Part shown: one piece after another, positions 56,856 through 64,000 of the stretch | Numbering within the stretch: position 1 is the stretch's first letter | Layout: the number at the start of each line of letters is the position of its first letter | Assembly (NCBI GenBank): GCA_965662235.1 | Contig: CBFIGY010000013.1 | Coordinates: 11,867-75,866 of the forward strand | Source: an uncultured bacterium | GTDB lineage: Bacteria; SAR324; NAC60-12 | Direction of reading: 5' to 3' | Length of the DNA stretch: 64,000 bases | Translations under genes and position numbers: made by a program | Notes under the pieces: model-generated | Told to the model about the DNA's origin: nothing | What the model saw: the letters and a program-made list of their open reading frames with translations, nothing else | Database searches by the model: none

Positions 56856-58164
56856 CCGCCTCTGGCGCCGGCTTCAGCAACCACGGCAGGCACCGGTCGG
56901 CAGCGCCCTGCTGTGATTCAATCAGAGCCTGTGCCTGTGCGCCCTGCGTCTGAGCAACGTCCGGATGCTGCAGCCAGCCCTTCAGCACCGCGGCAAACGC
57001 CTCTGGGGTTTCCACTGAGTGAGCCACTCCGGCCTCCACCATGCGCCGGGCCTCCAGCGCGTTGTCAAACCGAGGGCCAAACACCACCGGCAGACCACGT
57101 GCCGCAGGCTCCATGGTGTTGTGAACTCCGGTGGTGAACGCTCCTCCCACGTAAGCGGCATGGGCGTGGTGGTAGATTCCGGCCAGCACCCCCACCGCAT
57201 CCACCAGCAGCACCCGCGTCTCCGGCGTCAACGCCTCACGCTGGCTCCAGCGCAGGACGGGTCCCTGAGAGGAAAGGCGAGCTTCCAGCTCCTGAAGGTG
57301 TGGCTCATGCGGCTCATGCGGCACCAGAATCGCCAACAGCTCCGGATGCGACGCCAGGGCCTGTTCCAGTCCCGGAAGGAAGCAAGCTTCATCGGCCGGC
57401 CAGGTGCTTCCAGCGACCCAGACAAAACGCTGCTGCAGCCACGCCGGGAGCTCCGGAGGCGTCAGGCGGTCCCGACGCTCTAGGACGCTGTCGCAGCGGG
57501 TGTCACCCATGACCGTCAGGGGCTGTGCGGCAGGCCAGCTTCGGCGGATGCGGGCGGCGTCTTCTTCTGAGACAGCATGGAGGCTGTTGAAGCAGCGGTA
57601 GAGGGTTCGGTAGAGGCTCCGGCCCAGCGGGTGGGCTTCCCGGAAGGAACCGGCGTGGACGATGGCAGAGATGAGGTGCAGCGGCACCGATGCACGGGCG
57701 ACCTCCCAGATCAGTCCGGGCCAGAGGTCGTAGCTGACAAACACCACCTGCTGAGGCCGGATGAGGCGCAACAGGCGCTGGGCGTTGGCCAAGGTGTCTT
57801 CTGGCAAAAACGACGTGAAGCACAGGGTCTGGGACCCGGCTTCCCGCTCCAGCCAACGGTCTGCATTGATGGAGCTGTACGTCAGCCCACACTGCCACCC
57901 CTGCGCCTGAAGGCGTTCCATCACCGGGAGGGCCTGCAGGTACTCCCCGGCACTGGCCACATGAAACCACGCCAGTGGCTGGTCCGGGTTCCGGTTCTGC
58001 AGTTGCTCCTCAAGCCGGTCCCACAGCCCCTGAAGGCCTTCCAGCCGAAGTCGCAGGTTCTCCCGTGTTCGGGCCTGACGACGGACCACGATCAGCAGCA
58101 GTTGCAGCAACAGGGGGTAGATGCCTTGCCAGAGGCGGGTTTCCAGGGCAGACCAAACGGACAC
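56815..58164 (-). CDS. waaA: 3-deoxy-D-manno-octulosonic acid (Kdo) transferase WaaA
   Basis: LAWFHVASAGEYLQALPVMERL (GT30 N-terminal motif) and the overall 449-aa GT-B layout. Confidence 0.8.
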   Translation of the reverse strand: MSVWSALETRLWQGIYPLLLQLLLIVVRRQARTRENLRLRLEGLQGLWDRLEEQLQNRNPDQPLAWFHVASAGEYLQALPVMERLQAQGWQCGLTYSSINADRWLEREAGSQTLCFTSFLPEDTLANAQRLLRLIRPQQVVFVSYDLWPGLIWEVARASVPLHLISAIVHAGSFREAHPLGRSLYRTLYRCFNSLHAVSEEDAARIRRSWPAAQPLTVMGDTRCDSVLERRDRLTPPELPAWLQQRFVWVAGSTWPADEACFLPGLEQALASHPELLAILVPHEPHEPHLQELEARLSSQGPVLRWSQREALTPETRVLLVDAVGVLAGIYHHAHAAYVGGAFTTGVHNTMEPAARGLPVVFGPRFDNALEARRMVEAGVAHSVETPEAFAAVLKGWLQHPDVAQTQGAQAQALIESQQGAADRCLPWLLKPAPEAVKRGAGPGTPDAG

Positions 58165-58167
58165 GGC

Positions 58168-59508
58168 TTAGCGGGACGAGGGGGCGTTTTGGAAGGAGCT
58201 TGGGAGGATGTTGAACGGGAGCAGGCGGATGACGATGGGCAGCAGCACGGTGCCTCCGGGGAGGGCAAACAGCGCGAGTGCCGGAACCGCCTTGAGGACA
58301 TCCTGGATCTGCTCCGAAACGCGCTTCCACTCCTCCTCCGTCAGCGGCGTCACGGTGGCCTTCATCAGCAGGTCATACAGTTCCTTGGTCTCCTGCACCT
58401 CCTGGATGATGCGGTTGAGGTTGAGCTTGATGAGCTTGATGATGTTTTCCTCCACATACTCCTGCATCTGCCGGACGGCGGGGTTGTTGTGCAGGAAGGC
58501 AAAGCGGTGCCCATGCTGCTCAAAGAAGCGGGCCACTGAGGCATAAAGCAGCTCTCGCTCCGCAGGAGTCATGCCCACCTTTTCAGCAACAGCGGCAATC
58601 AGCGAACGTTCCTCCCAGGCCTCATTGTTGTCAATGAGGGAGAGCAGGATCATCTGCTCCACCAGGTACCGCCGGAGGATGGGGGAGTGAAAATGAAACG
58701 TGACGTGCTCCAGCCGGTAAGGCTCCCGGAGGGACCGTTGCAGCTCCTCTAGGTCCGCAGCCGGCAACCCGGACTGCCCGAGGTAGTTGTTGACCACCTG
58801 ACGTTCGGTGTCGCTAATGACGTGATCAGCCCAGATGACGGCAATCAGCGCCTGCAGCAGCCCTTTGCGGAAGCGCAAGTCCTCTTCCAGGATCGGGGCC
58901 AGCGGGGCCTCCGGATCCTGCCGCAAGGCCCGGGACCAGCGGAGGAAGGTGTGCAGGTTGAGGAAGACAAAGGCGTTCTGCCGTGGATCTGAAGAGTAGC
59001 CCGCCACTGCGACTCGGTTCAGCAGCACCTTCTCCAGCCGAAACAGGCTTTCCTGAAACACCTCGGAGGTGGCCAGCAGCTCCGGCAGAGACAGTTCCTC
59101 CGGAAACCGGTAGTAACTCTGCGGCAAAAAGAACCGGAGCAGGCGCAGCGTCACCTGCTTCACTTGCTCTCCCGGCTCCGGACGCGTCAGCTGCGTCCGC
59201 TCTTCCTCCGCCAGGGTCAGGCCGAACAGGGTTTCCAGAAACAGCAGCAGCGGCCCCCCTTGTGGATACGGAAAGGCCAGTGCCTCGCAGCGCGCCCACA
59301 GCTCTTCTGAAACCACAGGGCACCCCAGGAGCATGCCGGTGCGGTGCAGCTGCTCATACGCCTCCAGCTCCAGTTCCTCCTCGGTCGGAGGCGGGGGCGG
59401 GGGATAGAAGACCGGGCGGACGCTGGGGAACGGATGATCGTGGCGGAAGTGAAGGTAGCGTGCCAGCCACCCCGGAGTGCGTGGCATCAGTTTCTGCATG
59501 GATTGCAC
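58168..59508 (-). CDS. protein with TerB-like middle region and C-terminal LETM1-like ribosome-binding-domain segment
   Basis: The C-terminal LPGGTVLLPIVIRLLPFNILPSSFQ parallels the LETM1 motif ([33 protein letters not shown]). Pro-rich N-terminus. Confidence 0.45.
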   Translation of the reverse strand: MQSMQKLMPRTPGWLARYLHFRHDHPFPSVRPVFYPPPPPPTEEELELEAYEQLHRTGMLLGCPVVSEELWARCEALAFPYPQGGPLLLFLETLFGLTLAEEERTQLTRPEPGEQVKQVTLRLLRFFLPQSYYRFPEELSLPELLATSEVFQESLFRLEKVLLNRVAVAGYSSDPRQNAFVFLNLHTFLRWSRALRQDPEAPLAPILEEDLRFRKGLLQALIAVIWADHVISDTERQVVNNYLGQSGLPAADLEELQRSLREPYRLEHVTFHFHSPILRRYLVEQMILLSLIDNNEAWEERSLIAAVAEKVGMTPAERELLYASVARFFEQHGHRFAFLHNNPAVRQMQEYVEENIIKLIKLNLNRIIQEVQETKELYDLLMKATVTPLTEEEWKRVSEQIQDVLKAVPALALFALPGGTVLLPIVIRLLPFNILPSSFQNAPSSR

Positions 59509-59641
59509 GGGCCCTAGTTGATGGAATGTCGTTTGCTTGGCAAACTGTACCCAAAATGCGGCAGAGAGTCAGCATATTTTTCATCCTCCTCTGGCTGCCG
59601 CCCGTTTTTGCCTTCAGGCGCTGTTTCTTCCACTAGGCTTC

Positions 59642-61009
59642 ATGAAAAAATTCCTGCTCCTCGCCTCCTTGGGTCTCCTTGGTACCATGCTGGCCCTGGC
59701 CGCCACCCACACCTTTCTGGACCAGGCCATGAAGTACCGGGACCAGGCGGTTCACAACTTTGTGACCTACTTGGTGAAGGGGGAGCGGTACCCGATGATG
59801 CATGCCATCTACGAGCTGCGCTTCACGGTGCTCAAGCAGGAGCTGGGCATCAGCGCCCGGGCCGACACCCGCGAATGCGCCCTGCGCCGGACCTACAGCA
59901 GGGAGGTTCCAGCAGACAAGCTGGACTTCTGCAGCCGCTACGACACCGTGGTGGACTTTGCCCGGGAGAACGTGATGACGCCTCACCTGTTTGAGGCCGC
60001 CTACCTGGTGACCGAAGCCACCCTGATGGGCGAGTTGGAGAAGCAAAAGGCCCGCAAGGAGATGCGTGTTTGGATCAAGCAGAAGCTCAACTGCCTGAAC
60101 GACCCATTCCGGTGCGGACGTGATGAGCGGGCGCTGCTGGAACGCCTCAACGGCTTTGCTCCTGAAAACACCCGCCTCTTCATCACCCTCCTTGCCAACC
60201 TGGAGCGCAAGCTGTTTCCGGAGGAGCAGCAGCTCTCCGATGCCTTTCAGGAACCCATTGAAACCCGCTGCATGGTAGTGCCAGCCGGCTTCCGGGACTC
60301 CATTCAGAGCGGCATGGCCTTCATTCCAGGAGGAGCATTTCTGATGGGAGGAGGAGACGAAGCCATGCGGGAGGTCAAGGTGGATGGGTTCTGGATCGAC
60401 CGGTGCGAGGTGACCAATTACGACTACGTCCGCATGGCCGCTCAGGATCCTTTTCTGCGCAAGAGCACCTTCCCCCGGAAGTTCCATGACGGAGGGTACC
60501 TGAACCACTGGACGGATGACCTGCAGCCTCCGTTTGGCGAGGAGCTGCGTCCGGTGGTGAACGTGTCGTGGTATGCCGCCCGTTACTACTGCAACGCGGT
60601 GGGCAAGCGTCTGCCCTCAGAAGCCGAATGGGAAAAAGCCGCCCGCGGAGGCGATGAACAGCTGTACTCCTTTGGCGCCGATCCAGCTTTCCTCAAGGAC
60701 TATGCGTGGTACCGTCCCAACGCCCTGGGGAGTCCCCGACAGATCGCCGAGCTGCTGCCCAACGGCTTTCAGCTCTATGACGTGCACGGCAACGCACAGG
60801 AGTGGGTGTATGACTGGTTTGCCCCACGTCGGGTCCTGAGCACCGAAAATCCGCAGGGGCCGTCGATTGGGAAGTACCGGGTGATCAAGGGGGGTAGCTG
60901 GAACGATGACGCCCGCCACCTAGAGGTCGGCCGCCGCCGGGACGCATTGCCCATGATGACCACTCGGACCACCGGGTTCCGCTGCGCCTCCGATCTCCCT
61001 CCGGAGTAA
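59642..61009 (+). CDS. secreted protein with C-terminal formylglycine-generating-enzyme (FGE/SUMF1) sulfatase-modifying domain
   Basis: Signal peptide MKKFLLLASLGLLGTMLALA. C-terminus: GFWIDRCEVTNYDYVRM...VVNVSWYAARYYCNAVGKRLPSEAEWEKAARGG...HGNAQEWVYDWF...KGGSWND...GFRCA. Confidence 0.8.
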   Translation: MKKFLLLASLGLLGTMLALAATHTFLDQAMKYRDQAVHNFVTYLVKGERYPMMHAIYELRFTVLKQELGISARADTRECALRRTYSREVPADKLDFCSRYDTVVDFARENVMTPHLFEAAYLVTEATLMGELEKQKARKEMRVWIKQKLNCLNDPFRCGRDERALLERLNGFAPENTRLFITLLANLERKLFPEEQQLSDAFQEPIETRCMVVPAGFRDSIQSGMAFIPGGAFLMGGGDEAMREVKVDGFWIDRCEVTNYDYVRMAAQDPFLRKSTFPRKFHDGGYLNHWTDDLQPPFGEELRPVVNVSWYAARYYCNAVGKRLPSEAEWEKAARGGDEQLYSFGADPAFLKDYAWYRPNALGSPRQIAELLPNGFQLYDVHGNAQEWVYDWFAPRRVLSTENPQGPSIGKYRVIKGGSWNDDARHLEVGRRRDALPMMTTRTTGFRCASDLPPE

Positions 61010-61014
61010 GCCGT

Positions 61015-61257
61015 TTAGCTGACGCCCTTGACCGCTTTGAGGGCCTGCACGGCCTTGTGGAGCCGGAACTTTTCGGTCCAGCCAAACTCCTGATACTCCG
61101 GCTTCTCCACGTGGTAGCCGAAGACACCGCTGCCGATCCACAGCGCTACCCCGCTTTGGTGACGAGCCCAGTACTCATCCATCCGCCACTCCTGGGGCTT
61201 GTTGTTCATGCTGTTGATGATGACATCGAGGTTGTTCTTACGTGCCATGAGAGCCAA
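61015..61257 (-). CDS. small hypothetical protein of about 77-80 aa
   Basis: High GC3 codon usage consistent with real coding. W/Y-rich. No recognised motif. Confidence 0.35.
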   Translation of the reverse strand: MALMARKNNLDVIINSMNNKPQEWRMDEYWARHQSGVALWIGSGVFGYHVEKPEYQEFGWTEKFRLHKAVQALKAVKGVS

Positions 61258-61663
61258 ACGTCAAGGGGCCTCCGTCCTGCTGTCAGGAGGGAGGAGGGCG
61301 CTTAGAGGAACCTTCCTCGTGTTGATGATGGGAGTGATGGGGTGCCAGGCGCCCATCCTAGTGCAGGAGCGCCTGCCCCGGTATCCGGAGTGCTGGGAGG
61401 AGTACCACGCTGCAGCCATCGACGACTGTGAACGGGCCCATGACGCGCGTCAGCGGGTGGAGATTCGGAGTGCCATGCAGCGGAGCTGGCGCATCCAGGA
61501 GCGGATCTACAACGCCAAAGACGCCTGCGAGCGGAACCCAAGCCTGGTGCGTCCGGACAGCTGCTACGTCTCGCTGCAGCCCAGCCGCCTGCCCAAGCCC
61601 CCCTTTCACCTCAAGGGCTCCGGCCCCTTCATTCCCAAGCCCAAGGAGAAGAATCAGCCGTAG
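61247..61663 (+). CDS. Cys-rich putative lipoprotein (start uncertain, between 61199 and 61325)
   Basis: LVLMMGVMGCQAP lipobox-like. Six Cys residues. Lys/Pro-rich C-terminus. High GC3. Confidence 0.35.
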   Translation: MRAKRQGASVLLSGGRRALRGTFLVLMMGVMGCQAPILVQERLPRYPECWEEYHAAAIDDCERAHDARQRVEIRSAMQRSWRIQERIYNAKDACERNPSLVRPDSCYVSLQPSRLPKPPFHLKGSGPFIPKPKEKNQP

Positions 61664-61953
61664 CCACCATCTTCAATGAAGACCTCCACCTGCCCCTCGC
61701 AAAGGTCCTCGCGCTGGAAGATCTTGAAGGCTTCACGCTGGATCATGATCTTGTCCTCCATGTCCAGCTTCCCGTCTCCGGTTACGTCCTGAAAGACGTG
61801 GATGTGGTCCATGAGGCCATCGTGTTCTCGGTCGATGGCCACCGCGATGCCGCGGCCCTGCGGATCGAGAAAAGAGATCATGTCCACCTTGCCATCATCG
61901 TTGAGGTCCAGTAAGTTGGCGTAGATGTAAACACCACGTTCTTCAGTTGCCAT
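61654..61953 (-). CDS. small EF-hand-like calcium-binding protein
   Basis: Two DxDxDG loops: DLNDDGKVD and DVTGDGKLD. Confidence 0.45.
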   Translation of the reverse strand: MATEERGVYIYANLLDLNDDGKVDMISFLDPQGRGIAVAIDREHDGLMDHIHVFQDVTGDGKLDMEDKIMIQREAFKIFQREDLCEGQVEVFIEDGGYG

Positions 61954-62113
61954 CGTTCTTCATCAGTCGTCCCTCGACGAGGGAGGTTGTGGGGATACGA
62001 GCGAAATGAACGTTACCTTAATTTTCCCGCAGGGGAAACACAATGCAAAACCGCGGACAGGAGGAGGCACGGGCACCGGTGGCTTCTTGGGGTCCCGGAG
62101 AGGAGAAGGCATC

Positions 62114-62548
62114 ATGCCAATTTGGCAGCATTGGAGCATCTGGGCCATCCTAGCGGCGGTCTTTGCCGCCCTCACGGCGCTCTTTACCAAGCTGGGGGTG
62201 GAGGGAGTGGATTCGGACTTTGCCACCTTGGTCCGGACCTTCATGGTGGCGGGGGTGCTGGTGGTGCTGGTGAGTGGGTTGGGCAAGTGGCAAAACCCCT
62301 TGACCCTGTCGGGAAAAACCTGGCTGTTTCTGGGACTCTCGGCGCTGGCCACGGGCGCCTCCTGGCTCTGTTACTTCCGGGCGATGCAGCTGGGACCGGT
62401 GTCCAAGGTGGCCCCGGTGGACAAGTTCAGCCTGGTGCTGGCGACCCTCTTTGCTGTCGCCTTCCTTGGGGAGCGTCCGGAGCCACGGGAGTGGTTCGGG
62501 ATCGCCCTGGTCGCCACAGGTGTGCTGGTCCTTGCCTTTCGTTCCTGA
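62114..62548 (+). CDS. EamA/DMT-superfamily small membrane transporter (start at MPIWQHW; AGGAGA RBS)
   Basis: Four to five TM helices. GERPEPREWFGIALVATGVLVL is an EamA-type C-terminal helix. Confidence 0.6.
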   Translation: MPIWQHWSIWAILAAVFAALTALFTKLGVEGVDSDFATLVRTFMVAGVLVVLVSGLGKWQNPLTLSGKTWLFLGLSALATGASWLCYFRAMQLGPVSKVAPVDKFSLVLATLFAVAFLGERPEPREWFGIALVATGVLVLAFRS

Positions 62549-62700
62549 GTCCCTCCCCTGCTTCCCGGCTTTGGTCTTTTTCTTGCTTTGACGAGGAAGG
62601 ACCTGTCCTCCTCTGGAACCGGGACCACAGGTTCCTCCATCGCAACAACGCTCCTTAGAAGCGGCACGACCACTTCCGCACGACTCACTCTTAGACGTTA

Positions 62701-63960
62701 ATGTACCGACTGACCCGTTGCTTGCTGCTCGTTTTTTCCGCGCTCCTCCTCGTGTCTGCTTCTGCCTCGGCGCAAGCCAACCTGAACCTGAACGACCCCT
62801 TCGCCTTTGAGCGAGAGCTCGTCAGTGGCTTCAGTGAAGACGGACGGATCAAGGTCCTCCTCCTGACCCTGCTTCCGACGGGGATGACGGAGACCGCCGC
62901 AGAGGAGATTTCCAAGGCCCTGCAGCTCAACCTCTTCAACACGAACCACTTCACCGTGGTGGGTCCGGGAGAGTGGAACGCCCAGATCCAGGAGCGTGAC
63001 CCGACCCTGGCCGACTGTCACGACGTCTCCTGCGGCGTCCGGGTGGGCAAGCTCTTCAATGCCGACAAGGTCCTCATTGGCAACATTCAGAGCAGCACCA
63101 TTCTGGACGGCAACGGCAACGAGATTGCCGGCATGGACCTGACCATCCGCATGGTTGATGTGGTCACCAACATTTCGGACTTTGAGGATGAGATCCAGTT
63201 CAACGATGCGCAGATGCACGAAGCGCTCTTCCGGCTGGCCACCCGTATTTCGGAAAACACCCTGCTGCGGGGTTACGTCATTTCGGTCCGTCAGAACGGA
63301 CTCACCCTGGACCTGGGACGGGCGCATGGCCTGAAGTCCGGGAACCAGATTGTCATCTTCCGCCCCATCTCCACCAACGCGTCCCTAGAAGGACAACCGC
63401 TGGAACTTTCCAATGAGAGCATTGCCATTGCGGAACTGATCCGGGTCAATGACATGTCCTCAGATGCAGTCCTCAAGCAGCAGTTCTCTCCGATCAACTC
63501 CGGTGACCAGATCAAGACCTTTGTGAACGTCAACAAGCGGGTGACTCTCATTTCAGAGACACGTCGTGAACTGGACACCCGGAAGCGTTTGCAGCCCAAA
63601 ACACGGCCCCTTGAGCTTACTCCTGAGGTGGTGGTCAGTGACAATGGGAAGGAAGAGTGGGCCCGCCGCTTCATCAGTGCTCGGAACCAACAGGAACGCT
63701 GGATGTTCATCACCGCTGGAGCAGGTGCCCTGACGCTGGTGCTACTTGCAGACGGATCCTCCTCGCTTGGCGGCGACCTGGGCACCTACCTGCCCTGGCT
63801 CAGCGGAGGCGTGGCGCTTTATGCGGGTTACAACTTCCAGCAGTCTCAACGCCTTCTTGATGAGTTGACCGTGGAAGGCCGGACCCGCGGATTCCTCAGT
63901 CACCTCAACCTCCAGGTCACCCCAAACGGGCCGCAGCTTCAGTTCAGCTACGATTTCTGA
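62701..63960 (+). CDS. secreted protein of unknown function (signal peptide; CsgG/LpoB-like N-terminal fold possible)
   Basis: MYRLTRCLLLVFSALLLVSASASAQA signal. C-terminal hydrophobic stretch ITAGAGALTLVLLA. Confidence 0.5.
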   Translation: MYRLTRCLLLVFSALLLVSASASAQANLNLNDPFAFERELVSGFSEDGRIKVLLLTLLPTGMTETAAEEISKALQLNLFNTNHFTVVGPGEWNAQIQERDPTLADCHDVSCGVRVGKLFNADKVLIGNIQSSTILDGNGNEIAGMDLTIRMVDVVTNISDFEDEIQFNDAQMHEALFRLATRISENTLLRGYVISVRQNGLTLDLGRAHGLKSGNQIVIFRPISTNASLEGQPLELSNESIAIAELIRVNDMSSDAVLKQQFSPINSGDQIKTFVNVNKRVTLISETRRELDTRKRLQPKTRPLELTPEVVVSDNGKEEWARRFISARNQQERWMFITAGAGALTLVLLADGSSSLGGDLGTYLPWLSGGVALYAGYNFQQSQRLLDELTVEGRTRGFLSHLNLQVTPNGPQLQFSYDF

Positions 63961-64000
63961 TCCCCCTCCAGCGGGCCCTGCCCGCTCCCCAAAAGCCTTT

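Noticed and set aside
1-64000. Mobile element, prophage, CRISPR array or defence island
   Set aside because: No transposase, integrase, recombinase, phage structural gene, restriction/modification, helicase-nuclease or Cas gene was seen. There are no direct-repeat arrays and no tRNA. GC content and codon usage are uniform apart from short AT-rich promoters.

Overview
High-GC (about 60%) chromosomal segment from a Gram-negative bacterium: it carries a WaaA/Kdo transferase, a periplasmic dihaem cytochrome c4, MinCDE and ProVWX. Coding density is high, and I found no transposase, integrase, CRISPR array, tRNA or rRNA. Both flanks are housekeeping. The left flank holds hscB (partial), iscU, iscS, iscR, minCDE, a VKOR-like membrane protein, PrkA kinase, an orphan hydrogenase maturation protease, an AICAR-transformylase-only PurH homologue, proVWX and a RibD-C-terminal-like reductase. 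The right flank holds cytochrome c4, two BMP-family ABC permeases, aroQ, a TetR regulator, waaA, a LETM1-like/TerB-like protein, an FGE-sulfatase-domain protein, an EF-hand-like small protein and an EamA transporter. The centre (about 13.5-50 kb) is a very large signal-transduction locus. A plus-strand operon (HK, REC-adenylate cyclase-PilZ, REC-HK, REC-X) converges on a co-directional minus-strand gene string of about 30 kb and 27 genes running 49963 to 19881. That string contains an HK/RR pair, three STAS genes, a PP2C phosphatase and an RsbW-like kinase (a partner-switching module), two complete CheA genes each translationally coupled to a STAS gene, CheY, tandem CheW, CheW, one MCP with a C-terminal tether, CheR, CheB and CheD. 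It also contains two tandem-receiver hybrid HKs, two divergent MCP-like coiled-coil proteins, a fused membrane/spermidine-synthase-like protein, a second adenylate cyclase-PilZ fusion, a cysteine-less molybdopterin-domain-like periplasmic protein coupled to an HK, and a terminal CheY-like regulator. The most interesting candidate system is this chemosensory array wired to a partner-switching module and to class III adenylate cyclases carrying PilZ-like domains, which may couple c-di-GMP to cAMP. All domain calls come from reading motifs in the supplied translations; no database search was possible.
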